A DNA stretch of 64,000 nt from Planctomycetota bacterium (GTDB taxonomy: Bacteria > Planctomycetota > UBA1135): contig RFGR01000151.1 in the NCBI GenBank assembly GCA_003696625.1, positions 929-64,928 on the forward strand, read 5' to 3'. Made by a program: the position numbers and the translations under genes. Positions 35,849 through 45,183 of the stretch are shown here, in pieces (position 1 is the first letter of the stretch; every line of letters starts with the position of its first letter). The notes beneath the pieces were generated by a model. That model was given only the letters and a program-made list of their open reading frames with translations. It was not told the DNA's origin and did no database searches.

Positions 35849-37771
35849 ATGAGCGAAGTCCAGCCCCTGCCGGTGGTGGTCGGCACCGCCGGCCACATCG
35901 ACCACGGCAAGAGCGCCCTGGTCGAGGCCCTGACCGGCACACATCCCGATCGCTGGGAGGAAGAACGCCGGCGCGGCATCACCCTCGACCTCGGCTACGC
36001 CCAGCTCTCCTGGCCGGACGGGCTGGAGATCGGTTTCGTCGACGTGCCCGGGCACGAGCGGCTGGTGCGGAAGATGGTCGCCGGCGCCACCGGCATGGGG
36101 GCGGCGCTGCTGGTCGTGGCCTGCGACGACGGGGTCATGCCTCAGACCCGCGAGCACTTCGAGGTCCTGCGGCTGCTCGGGATCGACCACGGCCTGGTCG
36201 CGCTCAGCAAGTGCGATCTGGCCGACGCCGAGACCCGCGAACTGGTCCGGGCGGAGGTCGAGGAGCTCTTGGCGGACACGCCCTGGGAGGGGCGGCCGAT
36301 GATCGAGGTCAGCGCCCTGACCGGGGAGGGGATCGAGGAGCTGCGGTCGGCCCTGCGCGAGACCGCCCTCGCCGCCCGCCGCGAAGCCGACCCGCACCCG
36401 GCCTTCCGGCTGCCGGTGCAGCGGGTCTTCGCCCTGCACGGAGCCGGAACCGTGGTCACCGGCGTGACCGCCGCCGGAGTGCTGCGCGAAGGCGAGGCGG
36501 TCGAGGTCCTCCCGGCCGGGGTCCGCAGTCGGGTCCGGCGAGTCCAGGTCCACGGCCGCCAGGCCGGCCTCGCCCGGCCTGGGCTGCGCACCGCCCTGAA
36601 CCTGCCCGACCTGGATCCGGACCTGGCCGGGCGCGGCAGCGTCGTCGCGGCGCCGGGCAGCCTCCGCTGCGGCCGCCTCCTGCGGGCGATCGTGTCGCCC
36701 CTGCCGGCGGCCCCCGAACTCGAGCACGGGGCCGGGATCCAGCTCTTGGCCGGGACGGCCGCCATCCCGGGGCGGGTTTTCCTGGCTCCCGAGCGCCCGG
36801 CCGCCGACCTGCTCCTGGTCGACCTCCTGCTGGCCGAACCGGCGGCCCTGGCGCCGGGCGAGCGCCTGATCTTGCGCCGGCCGTCGCCGGCCCGGAACCT
36901 GGCCTCCGGCCGCTTCCTCGCCTTCGCCGACCGCCGTCTGCGAAGGCGCGACCAGGACGAACGGCAGGCCCTGCTCGCCCTGGCCGAAGCCCTCGACCGG
37001 CCGGCCGAGTTGGCGGTGCGGGCGCTCGAACGGCTCGGCGGCGCCCAAGAACCGGCCGCCGTGGCCGCCTTCCTCGGCTGGACCCGCGACGCCGCCCTGC
37101 GGGAACTCGAGGCCGCCGCCGCCCGCGGCGAGGTGCGGGAGGTTTCCGGCGGTCGGTACCTCGCCGCCGGCCGCGCCGGGGAGTTGGCGCGCGAGATCTT
37201 GGCCGCGGTTGCCGCCTGGCGGCAGCGGGCGCCGCACCGGGCCAGGATCCCGATCACCGAGCTGCGCGAACGGCTCGGTCGGAAGCGGGCCCGGATCCTG
37301 AACGAGCTGACCGACGCCGAACTCGAACTGGTCGGCCTGCGGCGGCGCCCGGGCACCGCCTGGGATCTGCTCGAGGCCGAACCGCCGCCGCCGGTGGCCG
37401 CCGCCGCCGAGCTGGTGCTCGGCCGGCTGGCCGAGGCCGGCCTGTCCGCCCCGTCCGCCGCCGAACTGGCCGAGGAGCTGGAGCTCCAACCCGCCCGGGT
37501 CGAGCAGGCGCTGGAGTACCTCGCCGATCGCGGCCGCGTGATCCGGCCGGCCGGCGGCCGGGCCTACGCGACCGCAGCGGTCGAGGAACTGCGCGCCGCC
37601 CTGGTCGAGCAGTTCGGCGCCGGCGGACCGGACATCCCGGCCCTGCGCGACCGCTTCCGGACCTCGCGCAAGTATTTGATGCCGTTGCTCGAGTTCCTGG
37701 ACGAACGCGGGGTCACCGCCCGGCGCGGGCCGAACCGGATCTTGGTCGATCCGCGAGCGCCGCTCGTCTGA
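35849..37771 (+). CDS. selB: Selenocysteine-specific translation elongation factor SelB
   Basis: 640 aa. [42 protein letters not shown] is the G domain with the SelB-type DRxxEE block. It also has [13 protein letters not shown] and a long winged-helix C-terminal region. Confidence 0.9.
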   Translation: MSEVQPLPVVVGTAGHIDHGKSALVEALTGTHPDRWEEERRRGITLDLGYAQLSWPDGLEIGFVDVPGHERLVRKMVAGATGMGAALLVVACDDGVMPQTREHFEVLRLLGIDHGLVALSKCDLADAETRELVRAEVEELLADTPWEGRPMIEVSALTGEGIEELRSALRETALAARREADPHPAFRLPVQRVFALHGAGTVVTGVTAAGVLREGEAVEVLPAGVRSRVRRVQVHGRQAGLARPGLRTALNLPDLDPDLAGRGSVVAAPGSLRCGRLLRAIVSPLPAAPELEHGAGIQLLAGTAAIPGRVFLAPERPAADLLLVDLLLAEPAALAPGERLILRRPSPARNLASGRFLAFADRRLRRRDQDERQALLALAEALDRPAELAVRALERLGGAQEPAAVAAFLGWTRDAALRELEAAAARGEVREVSGGRYLAAGRAGELAREILAAVAAWRQRAPHRARIPITELRERLGRKRARILNELTDAELELVGLRRRPGTAWDLLEAEPPPPVAAAAELVLGRLAEAGLSAPSAAELAEELELQPARVEQALEYLADRGRVIRPAGGRAYATAAVEELRAALVEQFGAGGPDIPALRDRFRTSRKYLMPLLEFLDERGVTARRGPNRILVDPRAPLV

Positions 37772-37777
37772 ACGGGT

Positions 37778-38494
37778 TCAAGACTCCCGGCCGGCGAGCC
37801 CGGCCATCTCCGCCCGCGCTCGGGCCAGCCGCTCCGGGGTGCTGATCTCCCGCCACCAGCCGGCGTGGAGGACGGCCCGCGGCCGCCGGCCGGCTGCCAG
37901 GGCCGGCAGCAGGCCGTGCCGGACCAGGCAGCGCAGGCCGCCGGCCGGCCGGGCGGCCGTGAGGTGGGGGAGCCAGGCCGGGTCGGGCCGGGCGATGCCG
38001 GTGTAGACGGCGGCCCGGGCCGGATCCTCGTCCCGCCCGGCGAGGCCGACGATCCGGCCCCGGGCGTGCCGGAGGCCGCCGAACTCGCGCAGCGGACTGG
38101 CCGGATGGAGGACCAGGGCCGGCTCGGGATCCGCCAGCAGGGATCCGAACGGAAAATCGGTGAAGACCTTGGCGTTGACGACCAGGTCGGGCAGGGCGCC
38201 GTCGGCCTCGGCCACGGCGGCCAGGGTGCCGCCGGTGCCGAGCAGGTGCTTCTCCTCGAGGAATCGAAGCTCCAGGCCGGGCGGCGCCGCCGCCCGCGCC
38301 TGCGCGCGGACCTGTTCGGGCCGGTGGTGGAGGTTGATCCAGACCCGGTCGACGCCGGCCGCGGCCAACCGGGGCAGCAGGAAGGCGAGCGGACTCGTGC
38401 CGGCCACCGGCACGCAGGCCTTGGCCCACCGCCGCCGCAGCGAACCGAGGCGGGTGGCGAGCCCCGCGGCAAGCAGCAGGGCGGTGGCGGTCAT
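37778..38494 (-). CDS. murU: Nucleotidyltransferase, MurU-like (N-acetylmuramate alpha-1-phosphate uridylyltransferase family)
   Basis: Start at ATG 38494 (ATGA overlap), giving 238 aa. LLLAAGLATRLGSL...PVAGTSPLAFLLPRLAAAGVDRVWINLHH...LLGTGGTL is an NTP-transferase fold. It is coupled to an upstream APH-type kinase, as in AmgK-MurU pairs. Confidence 0.6.
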   Translation of the reverse strand: MTATALLLAAGLATRLGSLRRRWAKACVPVAGTSPLAFLLPRLAAAGVDRVWINLHHRPEQVRAQARAAAPPGLELRFLEEKHLLGTGGTLAAVAEADGALPDLVVNAKVFTDFPFGSLLADPEPALVLHPASPLREFGGLRHARGRIVGLAGRDEDPARAAVYTGIARPDPAWLPHLTAARPAGGLRCLVRHGLLPALAAGRRPRAVLHAGWWREISTPERLARARAEMAGLAGRES

Positions 38495-39390
38495 CCCAGC
38501 CACTCCCGGAACTCCGGGTAGGCCTCGTCGGCCGCCAGCAACCGGCGGGCGTGGACGAGGGCGCGGGCCTCGGCGGCGGCATAGTCGCGGCGGCCGGCCG
38601 CCAGGAGCCGGGCGAAGGTGCCGAGCGCCTTGAGCACCCGCTGCAGGCAGGTCCGATGCCAGCGCAGGCGGGTCTCGGCCGGGGTCAGCCCGGCCTCTTC
38701 GCCGGCGAGAAGGGCCTCGGACTCGATCAGGGCGGCGACGGTGGGGGGCAGATCGAGGTAGGCGTCGGTCCGGAGCGAGGCGAGGTCGTAGAGGAAGGGG
38801 CCGGGCCGGAGGTCCTGATGGTCGATCAGGGCGACGCCGCCGTCCGGGGGCAGCAGGACGTTGCGGGAGTGGAGGTCGCGGTGCTGCGTGCTCCAGGGCA
38901 GCGCCGCGGCTTCGCGGGCCAGCCGGGCGCAGGCGCGTTCGGCCGCCCGGCGCGCCGCCGGGCCGTTCAGCCGTCCACGGCGGCCGAGCTGGAGTTCGGC
39001 GAAGAGTTCGAGTTCGCGCCGGAACAGCGCCTGGTCGAGAGCGCGGTTTCGGCACGGATGGCCGACTGGGAGCGGCCGGGCCGCCAGCCGCCGGCGGGCC
39101 GCCAGGACCTGCAGGTAGCGCTCCGGAGTGGGATCGTGGGCGAGGTGTCGGTCGCCGAGGTCCTCGACCAGATAGCCGCCGCCGGCGGCCGGCCGCAGGC
39201 GGGGGACGCGGATCCCGCAGCCTTCCAGCCAGGCCGAGCTGGTGACCGGAGCGGGGGTCGAGGTCCGGACGACCAGCCAGCCGCGCAGCCCGCCGGAGCG
39301 GGGGCGGAAGTAGCGACGTTCGCCGGCCTCGGGGGTGAGCGGCTCCAGATCGGGGCTCCCGGCCGGCGGCAGTTCGGGCGGCGCCTTCAT
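38491..39390 (-). CDS. amgK: Aminoglycoside-phosphotransferase-fold kinase, AmgK-like (anomeric MurNAc/GlcNAc kinase family)
   Basis: 299 aa. RRYFRP, YLVEDLGD and HRDLHSRNVLLPPDGGVALIDHQD form the Brenner HxDxxxxN motif plus a metal-binding D. It sits immediately upstream of the MurU-like gene. Confidence 0.6.
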   Translation of the reverse strand: MKAPPELPPAGSPDLEPLTPEAGERRYFRPRSGGLRGWLVVRTSTPAPVTSSAWLEGCGIRVPRLRPAAGGGYLVEDLGDRHLAHDPTPERYLQVLAARRRLAARPLPVGHPCRNRALDQALFRRELELFAELQLGRRGRLNGPAARRAAERACARLAREAAALPWSTQHRDLHSRNVLLPPDGGVALIDHQDLRPGPFLYDLASLRTDAYLDLPPTVAALIESEALLAGEEAGLTPAETRLRWHRTCLQRVLKALGTFARLLAAGRRDYAAAEARALVHARRLLAADEAYPEFREWLG

Positions 39391-40262
39391 CCGCGGTGGG
39401 CCGCCGTCAGGCCGTGTTCGCGGCGGAAGGCGTCGACCGCCGGCCGGACTCGGGCCAGGGTGGCGGCCGGGCCGCCGGCGCCCCGGTCGGGGTCGCGGAT
39501 CTCGAGGGCGGCGAGGCCGTGGAATCCGGCCTCGCCCAACCGATCCAGGACCCGCCGCCAGGGAATCGTGCCCCGGCCGGGCGGGAGGTGCTGATCGGAA
39601 CCGGCGTCGTTGTCGTGGAGGTGGAGGTGGGCCAAACGGGGCAGGGCGGCCTCGAGCTGCTCAAGCAGGCCGTCGCCGCCGCCGCCCTCGACGTGGGCGT
39701 GACCGAGATCGAGGCAGAGGCCGACCTCGCCGTCCGGGTCGAGTTCGTCGAGCAGCTCGACCAGGCGGGCCGAGCGGGTGCCGACCGACAGGATGTTCTC
39801 GAGCAGTAGGCGGACGCCACAAGCGCGGGCCCGCTCGCGGAGGCGCCCGACCGCTTCCCGGGCGAGGCGCGGGGCGTCGCCGCGCCAGTCGTCCTCCGGC
39901 CAGCCGAGGTGGAGGACGGCGCCGGCGGCGCCGAGGACGGCGGCCGCCTCGAGGCCGCGTTCCATCCCGGCCAGCGACTCGGCGCGATGGTTCGGGTCCG
40001 GGTCGATCACGGACCAGCGCCGGCCCTGCTCGAGCAGTTCCGGAACCGAGGGGTAGAACGGGAGATGGACGCTGCCGGCGCGCAGGCCGTGGGCGGCGAG
40101 GCGCCGACGGACGGCCTGGAGCCGATCCGGATGCCGCCAGGGCAGGTGAGGCTCGGCCAGCCAGGCCTCCACCGCCCGGTAGCCGGCATCGGCCACCGCC
40201 GCCAGGGTCTCGTCGTCCAGACGCGAATGGACCAGCAGGTGGGTGGACAGGGTCAGCTCCAT
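39387..40262 (-). CDS. Sugar phosphate isomerase/epimerase (xylose isomerase-like TIM barrel)
   Basis: I place the start at ATG 40262 (MELTLSTHLLV), giving 291 aa. VEAW, VLHLG, LLLENI, LDLGHAH and HLHLHDN are the typical metal-ligand pattern of the AP-endonuclease-2/TIM family. Confidence 0.75.
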   Translation of the reverse strand: MELTLSTHLLVHSRLDDETLAAVADAGYRAVEAWLAEPHLPWRHPDRLQAVRRRLAAHGLRAGSVHLPFYPSVPELLEQGRRWSVIDPDPNHRAESLAGMERGLEAAAVLGAAGAVLHLGWPEDDWRGDAPRLAREAVGRLRERARACGVRLLLENILSVGTRSARLVELLDELDPDGEVGLCLDLGHAHVEGGGGDGLLEQLEAALPRLAHLHLHDNDAGSDQHLPPGRGTIPWRRVLDRLGEAGFHGLAALEIRDPDRGAGGPAATLARVRPAVDAFRREHGLTAAHRG

Positions 40263-40271
40263 GCCGGCCGG

Positions 40272-40278
40272 TATCCTA
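40272..40278. promoter_or_regulatory. Overlapping divergent -10 candidates: TATCCT (plus strand, 7 nt before ATG 40285) and TAGGAT (minus strand, 10 nt before ATG 40262)
   Basis: The sequence gGTATCCTAgggcccATG reads as a TANNNT hexamer on both strands, inside a 22-nt gap between two divergent start codons. Confidence 0.4.
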
Positions 40279-40284
40279 GGGCCC

Positions 40285-41829
40285 ATGGCGGCCTCCGTCT
40301 CGTGGCTCCTGGCCTTGGTTCTGCTGGCTTTGCCGCAGCAGGACGAGACCATCCGCGATTTCAAGAAGTTCTTCCGCAAGGCCAAGGATCCGGCCGAGCG
40401 GGCCGAGCACGTGCACGCCCTGGAGGGGATCGACGATCCCGGCGTCGCTCAGGTGCTCCTGCCGGTCCTCACCGACGACGATCCGATGGTGGCGGCCGCC
40501 GCCCTCGAGGTGGTGGCGCAGCTGCCCTCCGAGCGCGCCCGGGCTCCCTTCGCTCCCGTCTTCGAGAAGGGCAAGCCGGCCGACGTCCTGCCGATCCTGG
40601 TCCGGGCCGCCGGTGAGGGCGGCTGGCGCGAATTCCTGGAGCCGATCCGGGAACTGCTCGGCAGCCGCGACGACGAGATCCGGCTGTGGGCGACCGTGGC
40701 GGTCGGGCGGCTCGGCGACGAAGCCTCGCTGCCGACCCTGGCCCGGCTGGCGACCGAGGACAAACGGACCGCGGTCCGGGTGGCGGCGGTGGACTCCCTC
40801 AAGACCCTCGGCAAGGGCCACGAGGACGTCGCCGGGCCGGCCCTGGTCGCCGCCCTGGACGACGCCGAGCTGTCGGTTCAGACCGCCGCCTGCCTCGCCC
40901 TGAGGGTGGTCCGGGTCAAGGAGGCGATCCCGGTCCTGATCCGGCTCATGGAGGAAGCCGAGGGGCGGATCCACGAGCATCTCTATCCCACCCTGGTGGA
41001 GATCACCGACCTGCCGTTCCGGGAGGACCCGGGGCAGTGGCGCAACTGGTGGGAGCGGGCCAAGGACCGCTACGAGCTGCTGAGCGACGAGGAGATCGCC
41101 GCCCGGCGGGCGGCCCGGGAGAAGACCAACCTCGAGTACCGGCCGGCCCGCAAGGAGGCCTCCTTCCTCGGCGTGGACACCCCGAGCGAGCGGGTGATCT
41201 TCGTCATCGACGTCTCGGGCTCGATGGAGGAGAGCGTGGTCGACCGGGAGCTGTTCCGCGAGCGCGGCTTCCACTCCTTCGGCAAGCTCGACATCGTCCG
41301 CGAGGAGCTGCTGCGGACGATCGAGGGGCTGGGCTCGAACGTCCGCTTCAACATCCTCGCCTTCGCCTCCGAGGTGATGCCCTGGCGGCGGGACCTGGCC
41401 CCGGCCAATGCCCTCAACAAGCGCAGCGCCGCCGACTTCGTCCGCAAGCTCAAGCCGATCGGCGGCACCGCGGCCGGGGAGCTGGCCGGCGCCGGTCTGG
41501 TCGGCTCCTCGGGCCTGGCCAAGGGGCGGACGAACACCTACGCCGCTCTCTGCGCCGCGCTCGGCGTCGCCGAGGAGGAGGCCCTCGGCCCGGCCACCGA
41601 GTCGGCGCGGGAGGTCCGATCCTCGGTGGACACGGTCTTCTTCCTTTCCGACGGCCGCCCCAGCGTCGGCCGGCTGGTCGACCCGGACGACATCCTGGAG
41701 GCGGTCGAGAAGATCAACCGCTTCCGCCGGGTGACGATCCACACCATCGCCATCGGCGAGTTCCAGAAGGATTTCATGGAGTACCTGGCCGAAAAGAACG
41801 GCGGCGTCTTCGTCGATCTCGGCCGCTGA
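40285..41829 (+). CDS. Exported HEAT-repeat / von Willebrand factor A domain protein
   Basis: I place the start at ATG 40285 (MAASVSWLLALVLLALPQQ). HEAT-like repeats are present (DDDPMVAAAALEVVAQL, DDEIRLWATVAVGRLG, RTAVRVAAVDSL, ELSVQTAACLAL). The VWA MIDAS reads VIFVIDVSGSMEE, with VFFLSDGRPS. Confidence 0.75.
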   Translation: MAASVSWLLALVLLALPQQDETIRDFKKFFRKAKDPAERAEHVHALEGIDDPGVAQVLLPVLTDDDPMVAAAALEVVAQLPSERARAPFAPVFEKGKPADVLPILVRAAGEGGWREFLEPIRELLGSRDDEIRLWATVAVGRLGDEASLPTLARLATEDKRTAVRVAAVDSLKTLGKGHEDVAGPALVAALDDAELSVQTAACLALRVVRVKEAIPVLIRLMEEAEGRIHEHLYPTLVEITDLPFREDPGQWRNWWERAKDRYELLSDEEIAARRAAREKTNLEYRPARKEASFLGVDTPSERVIFVIDVSGSMEESVVDRELFRERGFHSFGKLDIVREELLRTIEGLGSNVRFNILAFASEVMPWRRDLAPANALNKRSAADFVRKLKPIGGTAAGELAGAGLVGSSGLAKGRTNTYAALCAALGVAEEEALGPATESAREVRSSVDTVFFLSDGRPSVGRLVDPDDILEAVEKINRFRRVTIHTIAIGEFQKDFMEYLAEKNGGVFVDLGR

Positions 41830-41853
41830 GGTCCGGATCCGCGGCTCCGGACC
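41830..41853 (+). terminator. Hairpin after the HEAT/VWA gene
   Basis: GGTCCGGA-tccgcggc-TCCGGACC, an 8-bp perfect stem starting 1 nt after the stop. There is no U tract. Confidence 0.45.
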
Positions 41854-41870
41854 ATTCCCGGCCGGAGACC

Positions 41871-41899
41871 TTGACCGGACGGCCCGCCGGCCCGACAAT
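41871..41899 (+). promoter_or_regulatory. Candidate sigma-70 promoter of tRNA-Pro
   Basis: TTGACC (41871-41876), a 17-nt spacer, then GACAAT (41894-41899). The tRNA 5' end is 12 nt downstream. Confidence 0.6.
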
Positions 41900-41911
41900 G
41901 GGCGGCCGAAT

Positions 41912-41989
41912 CGGGGCGTGGCTCAGCTTGGCTAGAGCGCTGCGTTCGGGACGCAGAGGCCGGAGGTTCGAATCCTCTCGCCCCGACCA
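41912..41989 (+). tRNA. tRNA-Pro (anticodon CGG)
   Basis: 78 nt. Acceptor stem CGGGGCG/CGCCCCG. D arm GCTC-AGCTTGGCTA-GAGC. Anticodon arm CTGCG-TTCGGGA-CGCAG. T arm CGGAG-GTTCGAATC-CTCTCG region. Discriminator A and an encoded CCA. Confidence 0.9.
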
Positions 41990-42132
41990 TCCTTCCCGTC
42001 TCCCGGCCGACGAGCGTCCGCAGGACCCCGGCCCCCAGGGAGACCTTTCCCCGGCTGCTGCCGGTCCGGCGCCAGGCGCCGGCGGTCGACTGCCGGGACC
42101 GCATTTCGACCCCTCCAGGCAAGGAGGATCCC

Positions 42133-43506
42133 TTGACCGACGAGAAGAGCCCGGAACGGGGCCAGGCCGCCCGCCGCCGTCGGCGCCGGCGGCGCCGGAA
42201 GCCCGCCCTGCTCGTCCCGCCCGAGGAGGAGCTGGACGAGATCGAGGCCCCGGCCGAAGTCCCGGCCGAGGCGCCGACCGGTCCGGAGGCGCCGGCCTCC
42301 GGCGGTTCCCGGCGCCGCCGCCGGCGCGGCGGGACGCCCGCCGGCGGCGAGGAGACCGTGCCCGGCGGCGGGGCCGGCCCGGATCGCGGCCTCGAGGTCC
42401 GGGGAGTGCTCGAGCTGCGGAAGGACGGCACCGGGTTCCTGCGCGACTCGGCCCGCAACCTGGAGGAACGCAAGGACGATCCGGTCGTGCCCAAGGAGAT
42501 GGTCCGGCGGTTCCAGCTCAAGGCCGGCAGCGAGATCTTGGCCCGGGCGGTGCCGACCTCGCCGGCGCCCCGGGTCCGCTTCGTCGAGAGCGTCGACGGC
42601 CTGCGGATCGAGGAACATCGGCGGCGGCGGAGCTTCCGCAAGCTCACCGTGATCGATCCGGACTTCCACTACGAACTCGGCCCGTTCGAGCAGGAAGGCC
42701 AGATCTCGATGCGGATCCTCGACGTCCTGGCGCCGCTCGGGCGCGGCCAGCGGGCCCTGCTCGTCGCCCCGCCCCGCGCCGGCAAGACCATGCTCATGCA
42801 GCAGGTGGCGCGGGCGATGGAGGCGCTCTACCCGGACGTCCACCTGATCGTGCTGCTGATCGACGAGCGGCCGGAGGAGGCGACCTACTGGCGCCGAAAC
42901 GTCGAGCGCGGCGAGGTCTTCGTCAGCACCATGGACGAGAAGCCGCAGCACCACGTGCGGCTGGCCGAGCTGGTCCAAGCCCGGGCCGAGCGCCTGGTCG
43001 AGGCCGGCAAGGAGGTCATGATCCTGCTCGACTCGATCACCCGGCTGGCGCGGGCCTACAACCACGTGGCCGGCAACTCGGGCAAGACGATGTCCGGCGG
43101 CCTCGACGCCCGCACCATGGCCCGGCCGAAGGCCTTCTTCGGCGCCGCCCGCAACACCGAGGACGCCGGCTCCCTGACCATCCTCGCCACCACCTTGGTC
43201 GAGACCGGCTCGCGCATGGACCAGGTGATCTTCGAGGAGTTCAAGGGCACCGGCAACATGGAGCTGGTCCTCGACCGCCGGCTCGCCGACCGTCGGATCT
43301 TCCCGGCCATCGCCGTCGACCGCAGCGGCACCCGCAAGGAGGAGAAGCTGCTCAGCCGCTCGGTCCTGCGCCGGACGAACATCCTGCGCCGGGTCTTGAG
43401 CCGGATGCGGCCGCTCGAGGCCATGGAGCTGCTGGTCGGCCGGCTCGGCAGCTACCCGACGAACCGGGACTTCCTCGACGCGTTCTCCCTCGAGGATGTC
43501 GAGTAG
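42133..43506 (+). CDS. rho: Transcription termination factor Rho with Arg-rich N-terminal region
   Basis: TTG start, 5 nt after AAGGAGG. RGVLELRKDGTGFLRD is the RNA-binding domain. LAPLGRGQRALLVAPPRAGKT is the Walker A motif. LIDERPEE, LLDSITRLARAYN and TGSRMD are also present. Confidence 0.93.
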   Translation: MTDEKSPERGQAARRRRRRRRRKPALLVPPEEELDEIEAPAEVPAEAPTGPEAPASGGSRRRRRRGGTPAGGEETVPGGGAGPDRGLEVRGVLELRKDGTGFLRDSARNLEERKDDPVVPKEMVRRFQLKAGSEILARAVPTSPAPRVRFVESVDGLRIEEHRRRRSFRKLTVIDPDFHYELGPFEQEGQISMRILDVLAPLGRGQRALLVAPPRAGKTMLMQQVARAMEALYPDVHLIVLLIDERPEEATYWRRNVERGEVFVSTMDEKPQHHVRLAELVQARAERLVEAGKEVMILLDSITRLARAYNHVAGNSGKTMSGGLDARTMARPKAFFGAARNTEDAGSLTILATTLVETGSRMDQVIFEEFKGTGNMELVLDRRLADRRIFPAIAVDRSGTRKEEKLLSRSVLRRTNILRRVLSRMRPLEAMELLVGRLGSYPTNRDFLDAFSLEDVE

Positions 43507-44464
43507 CGATCCGCTGGTTCGCGCCGAGGGCCTGAGCAAGTCCTACGGCCCGGTCCGGGCCCTGGCCGAGGCCTCGTTCACCATCCCGGCGGGCCAGGTG
43601 GTCGGTCTGCTCGGGCCGAACGGGGCCGGCAAGACCACGGCGATGAAGATCCTCACCGGCTACCTGGCGGCCGACGCCGGCCGGGCCTGGGTCGCCGGCC
43701 ACGAGGTGGCGGCGGAGCCGTTGGCGGCCAAGCGCTGCCTCGGCTACCTGCCGGAGAACAACCCGCTCTACCTCGAGATGCGGGTGGCCGACTTCCTGGC
43801 CTTCGCTCACGCCGCCCGCGGCCTGCCGCGCTCCCGGCGGCGGCGGGACATCGACCGGGTGGTCGTGCGGACCGGCCTCGAGCCGGTCTTCCGACGGCCG
43901 CTCGGCGAGTGCTCCAAGGGCTATCGCCAGCGCGCCGGCCTGGCCCAGGCTCTGCTTCACGATCCGCCGCTGCTCGTGCTCGACGAGCCGACCAACGGCC
44001 TCGACCCGAACCAGGTCGTCGAGATGCGGCGCTTGATCCGCGAGCTGGGCGAGACCAAGACCGTCATCCTGACCAGCCACGTCCTACCCGAGGTCGAGCA
44101 GCTCGCCGGCCGGGTGATCCTGATCCACCGCGGGCGCATCGTCGCCGACGGGCCGCTCGAGGGGCTGCGCGGCGGCCTCGGCGACCGCCTGATCGTCCGG
44201 GTGGCGGTGCGCGGCCCGAGCGGGCGGCTGCGCCGGTTGCTGGCCGCGGCCGGGGCGCGGGCGGTGCGGGAACGGCCTCGCCCCTTCGGCGACCCCGGCC
44301 TGGCCGCGGCCGAAGCCGAGCTGGACGGCGGCGCCGAGGCGCTCGAGGCCCTGGCCGCCGCCGCCGCCGCCGCCGGCCTACCGCTGGTCGAGCTGGCGCC
44401 GCAGGGCCACGACCTGGAGAGCACCTTCCGCCGACTGACCGCCGGCGAGGAGGCGGCGGCGTGA
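43496..44464 (+). CDS. ABC transporter ATP-binding protein (GldA-like)
   Basis: GLLGPNGAGKTT is the Walker A motif. SKGYRQRAGLAQAL is signature-like. LLVLDEPTNGLD is the Walker B motif. It overlaps the rho 3' end by 11 nt. Confidence 0.9.
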   Translation: MSSSDPLVRAEGLSKSYGPVRALAEASFTIPAGQVVGLLGPNGAGKTTAMKILTGYLAADAGRAWVAGHEVAAEPLAAKRCLGYLPENNPLYLEMRVADFLAFAHAARGLPRSRRRRDIDRVVVRTGLEPVFRRPLGECSKGYRQRAGLAQALLHDPPLLVLDEPTNGLDPNQVVEMRRLIRELGETKTVILTSHVLPEVEQLAGRVILIHRGRIVADGPLEGLRGGLGDRLIVRVAVRGPSGRLRRLLAAAGARAVRERPRPFGDPGLAAAEAELDGGAEALEALAAAAAAAGLPLVELAPQGHDLESTFRRLTAGEEAAA

Positions 44465-45183
44465 GCCGAGCCCTGGTCGTCGCCCGGCGGGAACTGATGG
44501 CGGCCTTCGACTCGCCGGCCGCCTGGCTGGTCCTGGCCCTGGTCCCGGCCCTGACCGCCGTCCTGTTCTTCGTCCTCGGCGGGTTCTTCGCCGCCGGCGC
44601 CGCCAGCCTGCGCGACTGGTTCGCCGCGGTGCCGCTGCTGCTCGTGCCGGTCGCGCCGGCTTTGACCATGCGCCTGTGGGCGGAAGAGTTCCGCTCCGGC
44701 ACCGAGGAGCTGCTCTTCACCTATCCGCTCCGCACCAGCGAGCTGGTCCTGGGCAAGTTCCTCGGCGCCCTCGGCCTGCTGGCGATCGCTCTCTTCTTCA
44801 CCCTCGGCGCCCCGCTGACCGTGGCCGCCCTCGGCCCGCTCGACTGGGGGCCGGTGATCGGCGGCTACCTCGGCTCCTTGCTCTTGGGCGCGGCTTGTCT
44901 GGCGGTCGGAGCCTTCTTCTCCTCCTGCACCCGGAACCAGATCGTCGCCTGGCTGCTGGGGGCGGTCGCGCTGCTCGTCTTCAACCTGCTGGCCGTCGCC
45001 GCCACCTCGGCGGCGATGCCGGAGTGGCTCGGCGGCATCCTCTGGCGACTGGATTTCGGCCAGCGCTTCGCCGGCATCGCCCGCGGCGTGGTCGCGGTCG
45101 ACGACGTCCTCTTCTATCTGCTGATGACCTTCCTGTTCCTGGCCTGGAACGGCCTGCGCCTGGAGGCGCGGAGGTGGCCGTGA
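44461..45183 (+). CDS. ABC-2 type permease (GldF-like)
   Basis: GTG start in a GTGA overlap, giving 240 aa with about six hydrophobic segments. The EEFRSGTEELLFTYPL block is typical of this permease family. Confidence 0.75.
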   Translation: MSRALVVARRELMAAFDSPAAWLVLALVPALTAVLFFVLGGFFAAGAASLRDWFAAVPLLLVPVAPALTMRLWAEEFRSGTEELLFTYPLRTSELVLGKFLGALGLLAIALFFTLGAPLTVAALGPLDWGPVIGGYLGSLLLGAACLAVGAFFSSCTRNQIVAWLLGAVALLVFNLLAVAATSAAMPEWLGGILWRLDFGQRFAGIARGVVAVDDVLFYLLMTFLFLAWNGLRLEARRWP

